Made by a program: the position numbers and the translations under genes | Assembly (NCBI GenBank): GCA_016200085.1 | Contig: JACQFL010000003.1 | Location: 25,505 to 89,504 of the forward strand | From: Candidatus Rokuibacteriota bacterium | Lineage (GTDB): Bacteria; Methylomirabilota; Methylomirabilia; Rokubacteriales; CSP1-6 | DNA: 64,000 bases | Reading direction: 5' to 3' | Shown: in pieces, positions 8,792-18,351 of the stretch | Numbering within the stretch: position 1 is the stretch's first letter | Layout of the letters: each line of letters opens with the position of its first letter | The notes under the pieces: model-generated | The model's database searches: none | What the model saw: the letters and a program-made list of their open reading frames with translations, nothing else | Told to the model about the DNA's origin: nothing

Positions 8792-10048
8792 ATGCCGACG
8801 AATCGCGTCTTCTACGGCTGGTGGGTCGTGATCGGGTTCGCCATCATGGTTTTCATCTCGACCGGGGTGCGGTTCACCGTCGGCCCCTTCCTCAAGCCCG
8901 TGGTCGGTGAGCTGGGGATCGACCGCGCGAGCTTCTCGCTCGTCGTGGCGATGGGCCTGTTCCTCTACGGGGCGTTCATGCCGCTCATCGGCCGCCTCGT
9001 GGACCGGCTCGGCGCGCGCCCCGTGCTCGTCTCGGGCTGCGTGCTCCTCTCGGCGTCGATGGCCGCGACCGGTCTGGTCACACGGCTCTGGCACTTCGCG
9101 CTGCTCTACGGCGTCCTGCTCGCGCTCGGGCTGGCGGCCACGGGCCACGTGGTCGCGTCCGCCGTCATCACCCGCTGGTTCGTGCGCCGCCGGGCCACCG
9201 CGCTCTCGCTGCTGGGCGGCGCGTCCATGGCCGGCATGAGCCTGCTCGTGCCCGTCGTGATGTGGCTCATCCTGACCCTCGGCTGGCGCTGGACGTACGG
9301 GGTGATCGGCGCTGTGCTGCTCGCGGTGATGCTCCCGATCACCCTCTGGGTGGTGCGCGAGTCGCCCGAGGTCATGGGCCTCACGCCGGACGGGAGCCGC
9401 GAGGCGGGGGCCGTGGCGGCGGTCACCGCCGAGCGGACCACGGTGTCGTGCGCGATGCAGTCCGTCCCCTTCTGGCAGCTGGCGGGCGGGCTCTTCACCT
9501 GCGGCTTCTCGATGAGCCTGCTCTCGGCCCACGGCGTGCCCATGCTGACCGACCACGGCTATCAGCCCATGGTCGCGTCGTGGACGCTCGGTCTCCTCGG
9601 CGGCACCGCCATCGGGTTCTCGCTCATCCTCGGCGTGATGGCCGACCGCTTCGGCCGGCGGCTCATGCTCGCGTGGATCTACGGCGCGCGCGCGGCGGCG
9701 TTCGCCGGGCTCTTCCTCGTGCGCGACCATCCGACCGCGATCCTCATGATCGCCGCCCTCGGGGGCATGACCATGGGCGGCACCATGGCGCTGGCCTCCG
9801 CGCTCTCGGCGGACGTCTTCGGCCGCTTCTCCGTGGCCTCCGTGCTCGGCACCATCTTCCTCGTCCACCAGACGGGCGCCGCGCTCGGCTCGTGGCTCGG
9901 CGGCTTCCTCTTCGAGGCGACGGGCGGCTACGGCGCGGTCTTCGCGCTCGCCTGCACGATCCTCTCGTGCGGCGCCGTCCTCAGCCTGACCATCGACGAG
10001 CGCGCACGCGTGCTCCCGCGCCTGAGTCCGGTGGCCGGCGGGCGCTGA
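8792..10048 (+). CDS. MFS transporter (oxalate/formate antiporter-like)
   Basis: The internal ATG of ORF 7994..10048 starts MPTNRVFYGWWVVIGFAIMVFISTG... The protein has about 12 hydrophobic segments and the G..VDR.G.R motif (GRLVDRLGARP). Confidence 0.8.
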   Translation: MPTNRVFYGWWVVIGFAIMVFISTGVRFTVGPFLKPVVGELGIDRASFSLVVAMGLFLYGAFMPLIGRLVDRLGARPVLVSGCVLLSASMAATGLVTRLWHFALLYGVLLALGLAATGHVVASAVITRWFVRRRATALSLLGGASMAGMSLLVPVVMWLILTLGWRWTYGVIGAVLLAVMLPITLWVVRESPEVMGLTPDGSREAGAVAAVTAERTTVSCAMQSVPFWQLAGGLFTCGFSMSLLSAHGVPMLTDHGYQPMVASWTLGLLGGTAIGFSLILGVMADRFGRRLMLAWIYGARAAAFAGLFLVRDHPTAILMIAALGGMTMGGTMALASALSADVFGRFSVASVLGTIFLVHQTGAALGSWLGGFLFEATGGYGAVFALACTILSCGAVLSLTIDERARVLPRLSPVAGGR

Positions 10049-10124
10049 GAGGCCTGGAGAAGGCTGCCCTGCATCGGCGCGCGCACCACGGGTGAGGTCC
10101 GCGCGCGGCGCGGATCGGAGCCGG

Positions 10125-12752
10125 TCAGCGCGGGGGGGGGACGGGTGCGACGGGAGGAGGGGCGGGCGAGGGCGGGGCGACGGCGCGCGGCGGCGGTGGG
10201 GTGGTGGTGTCGGCGGTGGGCGGGACGGGCATCGCCGGGGATGTGCCGGGCGCGCCTGGCGGTGGCGGCAGGGTGACCGTCGGCGCCGGGGCCAGCGGGA
10301 CGAGCGGGGAGGTCGCGACGGGCACGGCGGGCGGCGCCACCTGCGTGGGCGGCGCCAGCTGGGATCCGGGACCGGGCGGCACGGGCAGCGGGGTGCGGCT
10401 CGGCGGCCGGGGGGCCCGGCGGATGGCCTCGTCGAGCTCGGGGGTCGCGCGGCGCATCTGGTCCGTGATGCGTGCGGCATCCGTCGCCGAGCCGATCACG
10501 CGCGGCGTGATGAGGAGCACGAGCTCCGTCTTGGTCAGCGTCCGGATCTTGGTGCCGAACAGGTAGCCGATGATCGGGATGTTCTTGAGGAACGGGATAC
10601 CGCGGTCGGCGATCGTCGTCGTCTCGCGGATCAGCCCGCCGAGCACCAGGGTCTGGTTGTTGAGGAGCACCACCGTGGTCTCGGCCTCACGCTTGATGAT
10701 CCGGCGCGAGCCGGTCGGCGGCTCGGGCGCGCCGATGTCGTTGACCTCCTGCTTGACCTCCAGCGCCACCGTGCCCCGCTCTCCGATGCGCGGGGTGACG
10801 GTGAGGATCACGCCCGCGTCGCGGTACTCGACGGACTGCGTGCCGATGACCGAGGTCGTGTTCGTCGCGGTCTGGGGGGTCGTGCCGCCGATGGGCACCT
10901 GCTGGCTGGTCACGATCGGGATCGAGTCGGAGACGTTGATCACCGCCTTCTTGTTCTCCGACGTCATCACGTGCGGATTCGAGAGGATGTTGACGCGATT
11001 CAGCGAGGCCAGGGTGTTGAGCATCGCGAAGAAGTCCTGCGCCTTGAAGGCGAGGGCGGTCAGGCCGCCGCCGGCCAGGGTCAGGGGATTCGTCGCCGGC
11101 GGCAGTCCGGTGTCGGGCGAGACGATCTGCGGCGTCGAGGGGTTGATGTTCTGGCCGGCGAGGCGGAAGGCGCCGGTCTTGAGCGCCCAGTCGATGCCCA
11201 GACGCATGTCGTCGGTGAGCGTGATCTCGGCCACCAGCACCTCGATCAGCACCTGCCGCGGCATCTTGTCCAGCTGCTTGATCGTCGTCTCGATCTCGGT
11301 CCAGTTCCGCGGGAACGTGGTGACGATGATCGAGTTGGTCGTCTCGTCGGCGATGAACCGGACCTGACCCTCGACCACCCCCGTCTCGCCCACGCCGACG
11401 AGCGAGGCCTGACCGCCGCCGCCCGGCCCCGCCCCCGGAGCCACCGCCGGCGGCGGGGGCACCATGGGCACGGGGTACGCGGGCGTCCGCTGCCCGGACG
11501 GCGTCGTGCCGGGCGTGGTCGTGGTGGACTGGGGCTCGCGCCCCCCGTAGATCGCGTTGAGCGTGGCGGCGAGGTCCTTCGCCTTCGCGTTCTCGGCGTA
11601 GTAGACGAAGACCCGGCGCCCGCCGTAGATGTTCACGTCGAGCTGGGCGATGAGACGGCGGAGCGTCTCCATCTCGATCTTGCGCGCGTGGATGATCAGC
11701 GAGTTCGACCGGCGCTCCGCGATGATCAGCGGGACCCGCTCGGTCCCGGTGGTCCCGCCCGCGGCGGCGCCGGGTGCGGCGGGGAGCGGGGCGCCGGGGA
11801 CGATGGGCGTCGGGACCGGCACCGGGACCGGCGTCGGGGCGATCGGGCCGGCGGCGCCGGACGCGCGGCGCAGGCGCCCGCTCGTGAAGAGCTGGTTCAG
11901 GATGTTGGCAAGGTCCGCGGCGTCCGCATAGCGGATGGAGATGATCTGTAGCTCGTCGAGCGCGACCTCCACGTCGACGAGCCGGATGATCTCGAGCAGG
12001 CGGCGGACGTTCGAGGCCGCGTCGGTGACGATGAGGATGTTCGTCTCCCGGTGCGCGATCAGGCTGCCCCGCGCCGAGATCAGCGGGCGGACCAGGCTGG
12101 CGAGGTCCGACACCGGCGTGTAGCGCACGGGGATGATCTGCGTGATCACCTCGTCGGTCGTGCGCGTGGGATCCGGGTCGGGCCCCACGATCGTCGGCAC
12201 CGCGCGCTCGCGCGCGCCCTCGATCCGGACGATCTTGTAGAGGTTCCCCGCCTTGATCGCGGTGAAGCCGTGCACCTCGAGGATCGCGAGCAGGACCCCG
12301 AACACATCCTCCTGGGGGACCCGCCCGGACGTCTGCACGGTCACCTTGCCGCGCACGTCGGGCGCGAGGACGTAGTTGAACCCGACGATCTCGCTCGCCG
12401 CCTGGATCACGGTCTCGATGTCGGCGTTGTCGAAGTTCAGCACGATGAAGCGCCCGCGCTGACCCGGCGGCACCGGCGGGACGGTCGGGGGCGGCGAGGG
12501 CTGGGGGGCGCCGGGCGGCGCCTCGACCGCGGTCAACGGCCGAGGCCCGATCGACAGGGGCGGCGGCGGCTCGGGCGGCGGCGAAGACGGCGCGGCCGGC
12601 ACCGGCGGCGCGGGCGCGAGCTGGGCCGCGGCGACGGGGGGCCGGGGCCCCGGGCGCTGGCCGGCGCACCCGGCGAGGAGCGAAGCCACGACGGCGACCA
12701 CGGTGGCTACATCAGCGCTGGGTCGCATCGGTCGGCGTGCCGGAGGGAGCAC
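10125..12752 (-). CDS. gspD: Type II secretion system secretin GspD (lipobox-bearing, Pro-rich N- and C-terminal extensions)
   Basis: The N0-N3 region (FIVLNFDNADIETVIQAASEIVGFNYVLAPDVRGKVTVQT...) and the secretin domain (...VILTVTPRIGERGTVALEVKQEVNDI...LLITPRVI) are present. The N-terminus ...VAVVASLLAGC has a lipobox. An alternative start is Met9 at 12728. Confidence 0.9.
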   Translation of the reverse strand: MLPPARRPMRPSADVATVVAVVASLLAGCAGQRPGPRPPVAAAQLAPAPPVPAAPSSPPPEPPPPLSIGPRPLTAVEAPPGAPQPSPPPTVPPVPPGQRGRFIVLNFDNADIETVIQAASEIVGFNYVLAPDVRGKVTVQTSGRVPQEDVFGVLLAILEVHGFTAIKAGNLYKIVRIEGARERAVPTIVGPDPDPTRTTDEVITQIIPVRYTPVSDLASLVRPLISARGSLIAHRETNILIVTDAASNVRRLLEIIRLVDVEVALDELQIISIRYADAADLANILNQLFTSGRLRRASGAAGPIAPTPVPVPVPTPIVPGAPLPAAPGAAAGGTTGTERVPLIIAERRSNSLIIHARKIEMETLRRLIAQLDVNIYGGRRVFVYYAENAKAKDLAATLNAIYGGREPQSTTTTPGTTPSGQRTPAYPVPMVPPPPAVAPGAGPGGGGQASLVGVGETGVVEGQVRFIADETTNSIIVTTFPRNWTEIETTIKQLDKMPRQVLIEVLVAEITLTDDMRLGIDWALKTGAFRLAGQNINPSTPQIVSPDTGLPPATNPLTLAGGGLTALAFKAQDFFAMLNTLASLNRVNILSNPHVMTSENKKAVINVSDSIPIVTSQQVPIGGTTPQTATNTTSVIGTQSVEYRDAGVILTVTPRIGERGTVALEVKQEVNDIGAPEPPTGSRRIIKREAETTVVLLNNQTLVLGGLIRETTTIADRGIPFLKNIPIIGYLFGTKIRTLTKTELVLLITPRVIGSATDAARITDQMRRATPELDEAIRRAPRPPSRTPLPVPPGPGSQLAPPTQVAPPAVPVATSPLVPLAPAPTVTLPPPPGAPGTSPAMPVPPTADTTTPPPPRAVAPPSPAPPPVAPVPPPR

Positions 12753-13470
12753 GGCGAATGAGGTTCGGGGGCAACGGCCGGCGCCCGGGGATCGCCTCTT
12801 GCGGATTCGGGGCCGTGCTGGCCCGGGGCTCGATCGGCGTCAACGGGTTCTGGAACGGCACGTTGAAGGGCTGGATCGGCAAGGTCGGTGGCGCCGCGAA
12901 TGGCTGCGGCGGAAATGGCTGTGTCGGGAACGGCACCGGCATCGGCTGGATGAACGGCTGCCCCGGCTGAATGCCGGCGGGCTGGTTGGGCATCGGGGCC
13001 CGCTGGCGCGCGGGATCGTGGAGGCGGATGTCCACCGCTCCCTCGGGGCGCTGGAGCACGACCTTGTCCGAGGCGATGGTCTGCACCGTGCCGCCGCCGA
13101 CCTGGTCGCCGATGCGATAGCCCGCCACGCGCTTGGTCGCCGGGTCCTCGAGAAACGCGATCGGGCCGCTGTCCCGGAGCACGACACCGTAGAGGTTCAG
13201 CCGTCCCACGTTCAGGGCGGCGGCGCCGGCGACGCCCGTGGCCGGCACCTCGGTCCGCGTGGGGCTGAAGAGGTTGTGCGTGACGATCGTCGCCGGCGCG
13301 CTCCCCGGGCCGGGCGTCGCCATCGCCGGGGCCGGGGGGGCCGTGGCGGGCCGCGGCCGCGCGGGGATCGCCAGGGACATCGGCGCGGTCACCTCACGCA
13401 CGATGACGGTCGCAAACGCGGCCGAGGCGGCGACCAGGAGCGCATTGAGGAGGAGGATCCGCCGGGTCAT
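12712..13470 (-). CDS. gspC: GspC-like T2SS inner-membrane protein (HR domain, no PDZ)
   Basis: The protein has an N-terminal TM segment (RRILLLNALLVAASAAFATVIV), the NLFSP motif and an HR-like beta domain (LNLYGVVLRDSGPIAFLEDPATKRVAGYRIGDQVGGGTVQTIASDKVVLQR). It sits between gspM and gspD. Confidence 0.65.
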   Translation of the reverse strand: MTRRILLLNALLVAASAAFATVIVREVTAPMSLAIPARPRPATAPPAPAMATPGPGSAPATIVTHNLFSPTRTEVPATGVAGAAALNVGRLNLYGVVLRDSGPIAFLEDPATKRVAGYRIGDQVGGGTVQTIASDKVVLQRPEGAVDIRLHDPARQRAPMPNQPAGIQPGQPFIQPMPVPFPTQPFPPQPFAAPPTLPIQPFNVPFQNPLTPIEPRASTAPNPQEAIPGRRPLPPNLIRRAPSGTPTDATQR

Positions 13471-13471
13471 C

Positions 13472-14092
13472 TCACGTCTTCGGCTTCTCGGGAAGGATGA
13501 ATCCCGACACCGTGAGCGTGACCAGCAGCTCCTTGGGCTGGGTGACGTTGACCACGCGGACCTTGAGGTCCTGCACGGTCAGCAGCTTCGGGGTGCGCTC
13601 GATGCGGGCGAGCAGGTCCACGAGCTGCCGGATCTCGCCGGCGACCGCGATCTCGACGGGGATCTCGAGCAGCTCTCCCCGCTCCACCGGCGGCAGGATC
13701 CGCTCGCTGCGGATCTCCGTCGACGCCTGGGCGGCCATGTCCTTGGCGAGCTTCTGGAGCTCGGACGCCGCCACGGGGGGCGTGGCCGCGGTGAGGAGGC
13801 GCCCCGACACCGCCTTGATGCGCGCGTTCGTCGCCTCGAGCTCGCTCGCGAACGCCCCCCGGCGCGCGACGAGCTCCTGGCGCTGCGCCAGCACCTGCTC
13901 GCGCACGGGCGTCAGCTCGGCGGCGGTACGATATCGCTCGCGGATGCGGTCGACGGTGACCACGCCGCCGATCAGCACCGCGGCGACGAGGCCGCCGGCG
14001 ACGACGACGCGCTCCCGGGACGAGAAGCTCCCGATCATGGTCGGGCGGGCCGCCTGGTATCGACGCGGACGCCGCCCGAGCCATTGTTCCAC
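13472..14092 (-). CDS. gspM: T2SS protein GspM (PilO-like)
   Basis: 206 aa with ...SSRERVVVAGGLVAAVLIGGVV (TM segment), a coiled region, and a C-terminal ferredoxin-like part (LEIPVEIAVAGEIRQLVDLLARIE). Its position follows gspL. Confidence 0.7.
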   Translation of the reverse strand: MEQWLGRRPRRYQAARPTMIGSFSSRERVVVAGGLVAAVLIGGVVTVDRIRERYRTAAELTPVREQVLAQRQELVARRGAFASELEATNARIKAVSGRLLTAATPPVAASELQKLAKDMAAQASTEIRSERILPPVERGELLEIPVEIAVAGEIRQLVDLLARIERTPKLLTVQDLKVRVVNVTQPKELLVTLTVSGFILPEKPKT

Positions 14093-14114
14093 AGGGCGGT
14101 GAGAAACGCGCCGC

Positions 14115-15644
14115 TCATTGCCCGGGCGCCCGGTTGGGGCGCGGCGTGGCGGCCGTCGGAGCCGTCGGGGCGGGTGGTGTGGTCCCCCGCGCGGCTCCCG
14201 GGCTGGCGGGTGCGCCGGCCGGCGGTAGCGTCCCGGGCCCGGCGGCAGCCAGCGTGCTCATGGCCGCCACCAGGCCGCCTTCCCACGCCGCGCGGATCCG
14301 GAACTGCTCCTTGTCACGCCCGCGGGTGACCGGAGAGGCGAACTCCACGCGCTCCAGGCGCGGCGAGTTCTCGAGAAGCGGGATCAGCGCGCTCGCCGCG
14401 GAGGCCTGCCCGGTGAGCTCCACGCCCTTGGTGTCCACGCTGAGCATCGTCAGCCACGCGTCGCTGGGCAGCAGGTCGGTGAGCTCGCGCAGCACCGGCA
14501 GAGTGCGGATCGCCGAGGTCTCGACCGACTCGATCGTCGCCAGCAGCTTGCGCTTGCGCTCCAGCTCGCGCTGCACGGCCTCCACCGCCTTCACCTCGGG
14601 GTCGAGCCGGCTGACGCGGGCATTGATGGCGTCGAGCCGGCGGCTCTGCCGGTAGTCGGGGACGAGGAGCGCGCCCAGGCCCAGCAGCACCGTGGCGGCG
14701 ACGAGGCCTGCCGTCACCGCCTGGCGGCGCGAGAGGCGCCGGGCGCGCAGGGCGGGCGGGATCAGATCCAGGGGCCGGACGCGTCCCGCCGTCGCCACGG
14801 CCAGCGCCAGCGTGAGCGCGCCGCGCGGCCCCTCGCCCGCGGCCGCGAGCAGGCGCTGCGCTCGCGGCGTCCACGGGGGCTCGGTGATCGGCGCGCCCAG
14901 CGCGCTCAGTGGCGTGTCGGCCGGCGTCCCGGGCGGCGGGGCGTCCCCCGAGACCCAGATCGCGTCGCAGCCGCGCCAGCGAGTAACGGCAAAGCTCCGG
15001 CGGACCTCGTCCGCCACCACGCCGTCGTCGGCGGCGGGGAGCGAGCGGCTGAGCACGAGCGCCGGTCCGGCCAGGAGCAGGACGTCGACGACGTCGCCGC
15101 TCCGGTGCAGCCAGACGATCTGCCCGCGGCGCGGCCGCTCGGCCAGGGCCACCAGGTCGTGGGCCGCGACGGTGAGCGAGCGCGCCCGCAGCCGCGCCTC
15201 CTCGGCGATCCTGAGCGCGGTGTCGACGATGCGGCGGTCCGCGGCGACCAGCAGGACCTGTCGCGCGCCGGGCGCGCCCGCCGGGGGGGTGCCGGTGCCG
15301 GGCAGCGAGACGAAATCGAACGCCGCGTCCTCGCTCGGGAAGGGCAGGTGGCGCTCGAGCTCGAAGCGCACCATGTCACGCAGGTCGCCGTCGACCGGCG
15401 GCAGATCCAGCGGCTTCACGGTGACGGAGGCCCGGGGCAGCCCGAGCGCGACCGAGCGCGGCGCGAGCCGCCGCTGATCCAGCTCCGCCCGGAGCGCGGC
15501 CGACGGCTGCTCGGCCTCGACGAAGAACGTCTCGACTCGTCGTCGCTGGACCGCGGCGGCGGCCAGGCAGTTCCCGAGCAGCACGACCCCGAGTCGCGGG
15601 CGGATCGACGTCACGCCGGCTAGACTAAGGCCAACGGGGGTCAT
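14115..15644 (-). CDS. gspL: T2SS protein GspL (PilM-like cytoplasmic domain + TM + PilN-like periplasmic domain)
   Basis: 509 aa with a mid-protein TM segment (VTAGLVAATVLLGLGALLV) followed by a PilN-like region (LPSDAWLTMLSVDTKGVELTGQASAASALIPLLENSP). Operon context supports the call. Confidence 0.7.
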   Translation of the reverse strand: MTPVGLSLAGVTSIRPRLGVVLLGNCLAAAAVQRRRVETFFVEAEQPSAALRAELDQRRLAPRSVALGLPRASVTVKPLDLPPVDGDLRDMVRFELERHLPFPSEDAAFDFVSLPGTGTPPAGAPGARQVLLVAADRRIVDTALRIAEEARLRARSLTVAAHDLVALAERPRRGQIVWLHRSGDVVDVLLLAGPALVLSRSLPAADDGVVADEVRRSFAVTRWRGCDAIWVSGDAPPPGTPADTPLSALGAPITEPPWTPRAQRLLAAAGEGPRGALTLALAVATAGRVRPLDLIPPALRARRLSRRQAVTAGLVAATVLLGLGALLVPDYRQSRRLDAINARVSRLDPEVKAVEAVQRELERKRKLLATIESVETSAIRTLPVLRELTDLLPSDAWLTMLSVDTKGVELTGQASAASALIPLLENSPRLERVEFASPVTRGRDKEQFRIRAAWEGGLVAAMSTLAAAGPGTLPPAGAPASPGAARGTTPPAPTAPTAATPRPNRAPGQ

Positions 15645-15690
15645 CGAGCAAACGGTAGTGGGCGTCCGGTCGCGGCACCACCAACGGTAG

Positions 15691-16701
15691 TTATTGCGGC
15701 CCCGACCATTCCACCACCGCGACGCCCCGGCCTCCCCCGGCGATGGTGCGCTGGACCACGGCGCTCAGGCGCGCGCGCGGGCGGCCGTCGATCAGGCCCT
15801 GCGCCTCCACCCGGAACGTCCGAGTGCTTGCGTTCAGCCCGCGGCCGCCGAAGCGGCCCGTGTTGGGATACGGCGTGTCCCGGCGCGCCTGGAGGATCTC
15901 GCTGATCTCGGCGTCGGAGAGCCCGAGCGCGTGCAGCACGGGCTCGCTCGCCGTGTTGATGTTCATCTGGCCCGAGGTCTTCACGGTCACGAGGTCGCCG
16001 AGCCCCGGCTTGCCTTCGGCGCCGTGGAAGATCGCGGCCGTCACGCCGCGGATCTGGAGAAGCTCGCGCACGGACTCGAGGTTGCGATTGGCCGAGCGAT
16101 ACGGCACGGGGAGCTTCAGGTAGTAGTCCTCGCTCTCGGCGCCGTTGAGCCGATGCTCCTCGTTGGCGTCGCGCCAGTCCTGGATCGAATCCCCGATCAC
16201 GTCGCGCACCCGCTTGTCGATCCCGAGGGCCAGCAGCAGCCGGTCGATCCGGTCAGGCGGCGACGTGTTCACGTTGAGGCGCGCCTCCTCGTCGGTCAGG
16301 CGATAGGAGAACTGGCCGGGCCCGAGCGGGACCCGATCGCGCGGCAGCCGCGGGCGCGGCTGCTGGTCGCGGCCGTAGAAGGTCAGCTGACCGTCCTCGC
16401 GCAGGCCCACGTACGCGCTGTCGGCGACGATCTCCCGCACGGCCTGCTCGAAGCCGGCCTCGGCGAGCAGGCCCGCGGTGATGCCGTCCTTGAGCGCGCG
16501 GACGCTGGCACTCTCCAGGCGCATGGAGTACGCGAACTCCGCGCCGATCACCCCGAGCAGCGCGAGCACGAGCAGCACCGCCACGAGCGCGAAGCCACGC
16601 TCCCCGGCAGGGGGGCGGCGCGCGCGGGGGCCGGGCATGGACGGCCGCGCGCCGGGGTGACGGGCGACGCCCGGGGCGCGCGGGTCGCTCGGCGCGCTCA
16701 T
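15691..16701 (-). CDS. gspK: T2SS minor pseudopilin GspK
   Basis: Features are ...GERGFALVAVLLVLALLGVIGAEFAYSM..., YRLTDEEARLNVN, and helix-hairpin-helix-like repeats. The start at 16701 forms an ATGA overlap with the gspJ stop. Confidence 0.8.
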   Translation of the reverse strand: MSAPSDPRAPGVARHPGARPSMPGPRARRPPAGERGFALVAVLLVLALLGVIGAEFAYSMRLESASVRALKDGITAGLLAEAGFEQAVREIVADSAYVGLREDGQLTFYGRDQQPRPRLPRDRVPLGPGQFSYRLTDEEARLNVNTSPPDRIDRLLLALGIDKRVRDVIGDSIQDWRDANEEHRLNGAESEDYYLKLPVPYRSANRNLESVRELLQIRGVTAAIFHGAEGKPGLGDLVTVKTSGQMNINTASEPVLHALGLSDAEISEILQARRDTPYPNTGRFGGRGLNASTRTFRVEAQGLIDGRPRARLSAVVQRTIAGGGRGVAVVEWSGPQ

Positions 16702-17321
16702 CTGGCGGGGGGCGCGGCCGTGCGCAGCGAGACGGTGATCGGCGGCAGGCTCTCGGTGCGCCCGGCCTGGGTGCGGGCGATGGTGATCCGCACCGCGCGC
16801 GGCAGCGCGTTCTCGGTCTCGCCGTCCCAGGCCTCCTGCCACCCGCCGCTCGCGCCGAGATAGCTGAAGCCGAGCGTCTTGATCGTCGGGTCGCGGAGCA
16901 CGACGACGGCGTCGGTGAAGGGATCGCGGTTGGGCAGCACCCGCTGGCGCACGGTGAGGCCGGACCCGTCGTCGCCGGACTCCAGCGCCAGGACCACCGC
17001 GGTGAACGCGATGGGCACCGCCGCGGGCAACGGCTCGCTCTGGGTCACGAGCTCCAGGCGCTCGCCGGTGCCCGTGAAGAGCAGGACCACCTCGGGCGCC
17101 AAACCGGGCGCGGCGCGGTACGGATAGGCGCCGCCGACCGCGCGCGCGAGCAGCGTCGCCACGCCGCGCAGGTGCTGGTGGACGTCGATGCGGTCTTCGC
17201 CCTGGGACCACGCGGCCAGGCCCACGCGCAGCCCGGCGAACGCGATGGCGACCAGGGCGCCGACGATGGCCAGCGCGATGACGAGCTCCAGCAGGGTGAA
17301 GCCGCCCTCGCGGCGTCTCAT
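16698..17321 (-). CDS. gspJ: T2SS minor pseudopilin GspJ
   Basis: The N-terminus MRRREGGFTLLELVIALAIVGALVAIAF is a prepilin-type N-terminus. It has ATGA overlaps with both neighbours. Confidence 0.8.
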   Translation of the reverse strand: MRRREGGFTLLELVIALAIVGALVAIAFAGLRVGLAAWSQGEDRIDVHQHLRGVATLLARAVGGAYPYRAAPGLAPEVVLLFTGTGERLELVTQSEPLPAAVPIAFTAVVLALESGDDGSGLTVRQRVLPNRDPFTDAVVVLRDPTIKTLGFSYLGASGGWQEAWDGETENALPRAVRITIARTQAGRTESLPPITVSLRTAAPPAR

Positions 17322-17893
17322 CGCCGCGCCCCCGGCGGCTGACCCGTCTCGAGCGTCGAGGCCATGCGGAGCGTGGCCACCTGGACCTGCCGCCGCTCGT
17401 CCCACTGCACGCGTACCATGATCTCGAAGTTCTTCCACGGCGGCGGGGGCTGGCCCGGCACCACGAGCTCGGGCATCGGGACCTCGCGGATGACGCGCTC
17501 CCAGCGGAAGCGTCCCTCCGCGCCATGCTCCTGTCCCGCCGTGGGGGTCACGATCTCCCGCGCCTTCTCGTCGGCGAGCAGGATGGCCTGCTGGTGATCC
17601 CCCGCCAGCTTGAGCAGCCGCAGCCCCTGGCTGAACCCCTGGATGCACGCCACGATCGCGACACTCAGGATCGCCAGCGCGATCATCACCTCGAGCAGCG
17701 TGAACCCTCGCTCGGCGGCGTCACGCGGCGGGTCCTGTCGGGGGGTGAGGCGGGGCGCCGTCCTCGCTTTCAGCTTCGACCTGCGATGGCCGATCTTGGG
17801 AAGCGAGGACGGACGGCCCCCGCACTCCCCGACAGGACCCCGCCGCGTGATGCCGCCGCGCGAGGACGCACCCCCGGCGAGAGGTGTGGTCAT
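17318..17893 (-). CDS. gspI: T2SS minor pseudopilin GspI (long leader)
   Basis: The prepilin motif is ...ERGFTLLEVMIALAILSVAIVACIQGF. The only in-frame ATG/GTG/TTG upstream of that motif is the ATG at 17893, which forms an ATGA overlap with the gspH stop. Confidence 0.75.
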   Translation of the reverse strand: MTTPLAGGASSRGGITRRGPVGECGGRPSSLPKIGHRRSKLKARTAPRLTPRQDPPRDAAERGFTLLEVMIALAILSVAIVACIQGFSQGLRLLKLAGDHQQAILLADEKAREIVTPTAGQEHGAEGRFRWERVIREVPMPELVVPGQPPPPWKNFEIMVRVQWDERRQVQVATLRMASTLETGQPPGARR

Positions 17894-18351
17894 CGGCGGT
17901 CGGTGCGGACGCGGGAGGTGAGGGGGTCGATGGTGACGCGGTAGGCGATGCGGCCGGAGGTGAGGCGGAAGTCGCCGCCGCTCGAGACGCCCTGGGGCTC
18001 GAAGCGCACGCTGAGCGCGGGGGGCGGAGAGGCCTCGACGACGAGGCTCGCCGGCAGCGGGCGCACCTCGCGGACCTCGTCGTCGGCGAGCACGGAGACG
18101 CTGCGCGCCCCCGGGTCCACCACGACCGTGTAGCGGCGATGGGTGCTGACGGCCTGCTCGCGGCTGTGGCGCAGCAGCGCGGCGAAGCCGGCGACCTGCG
18201 CCCGCGCGCGAATCGTCTCCATGCTCCGCCCGACGGCGGGCGCGACGACCGCGGCGGCCAGCGCCAGCACGAGCAGCGTCACCACGAGCTCGATGAGGGT
18301 GAAGCCGGCCGGGCCGGAGCGCGCCGCCGTTACTTCTGCGCGCTGTCCCAT
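17890..18351 (-). CDS. gspH: T2SS minor pseudopilin GspH
   Basis: The sequence is MGQRAEVTAARSGPAGFTLIELVVTLLVLALAAAVVAP... (153 aa). Operon position supports the call. Confidence 0.75.
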   Translation of the reverse strand: MGQRAEVTAARSGPAGFTLIELVVTLLVLALAAAVVAPAVGRSMETIRARAQVAGFAALLRHSREQAVSTHRRYTVVVDPGARSVSVLADDEVREVRPLPASLVVEASPPPALSVRFEPQGVSSGGDFRLTSGRIAYRVTIDPLTSRVRTDRR

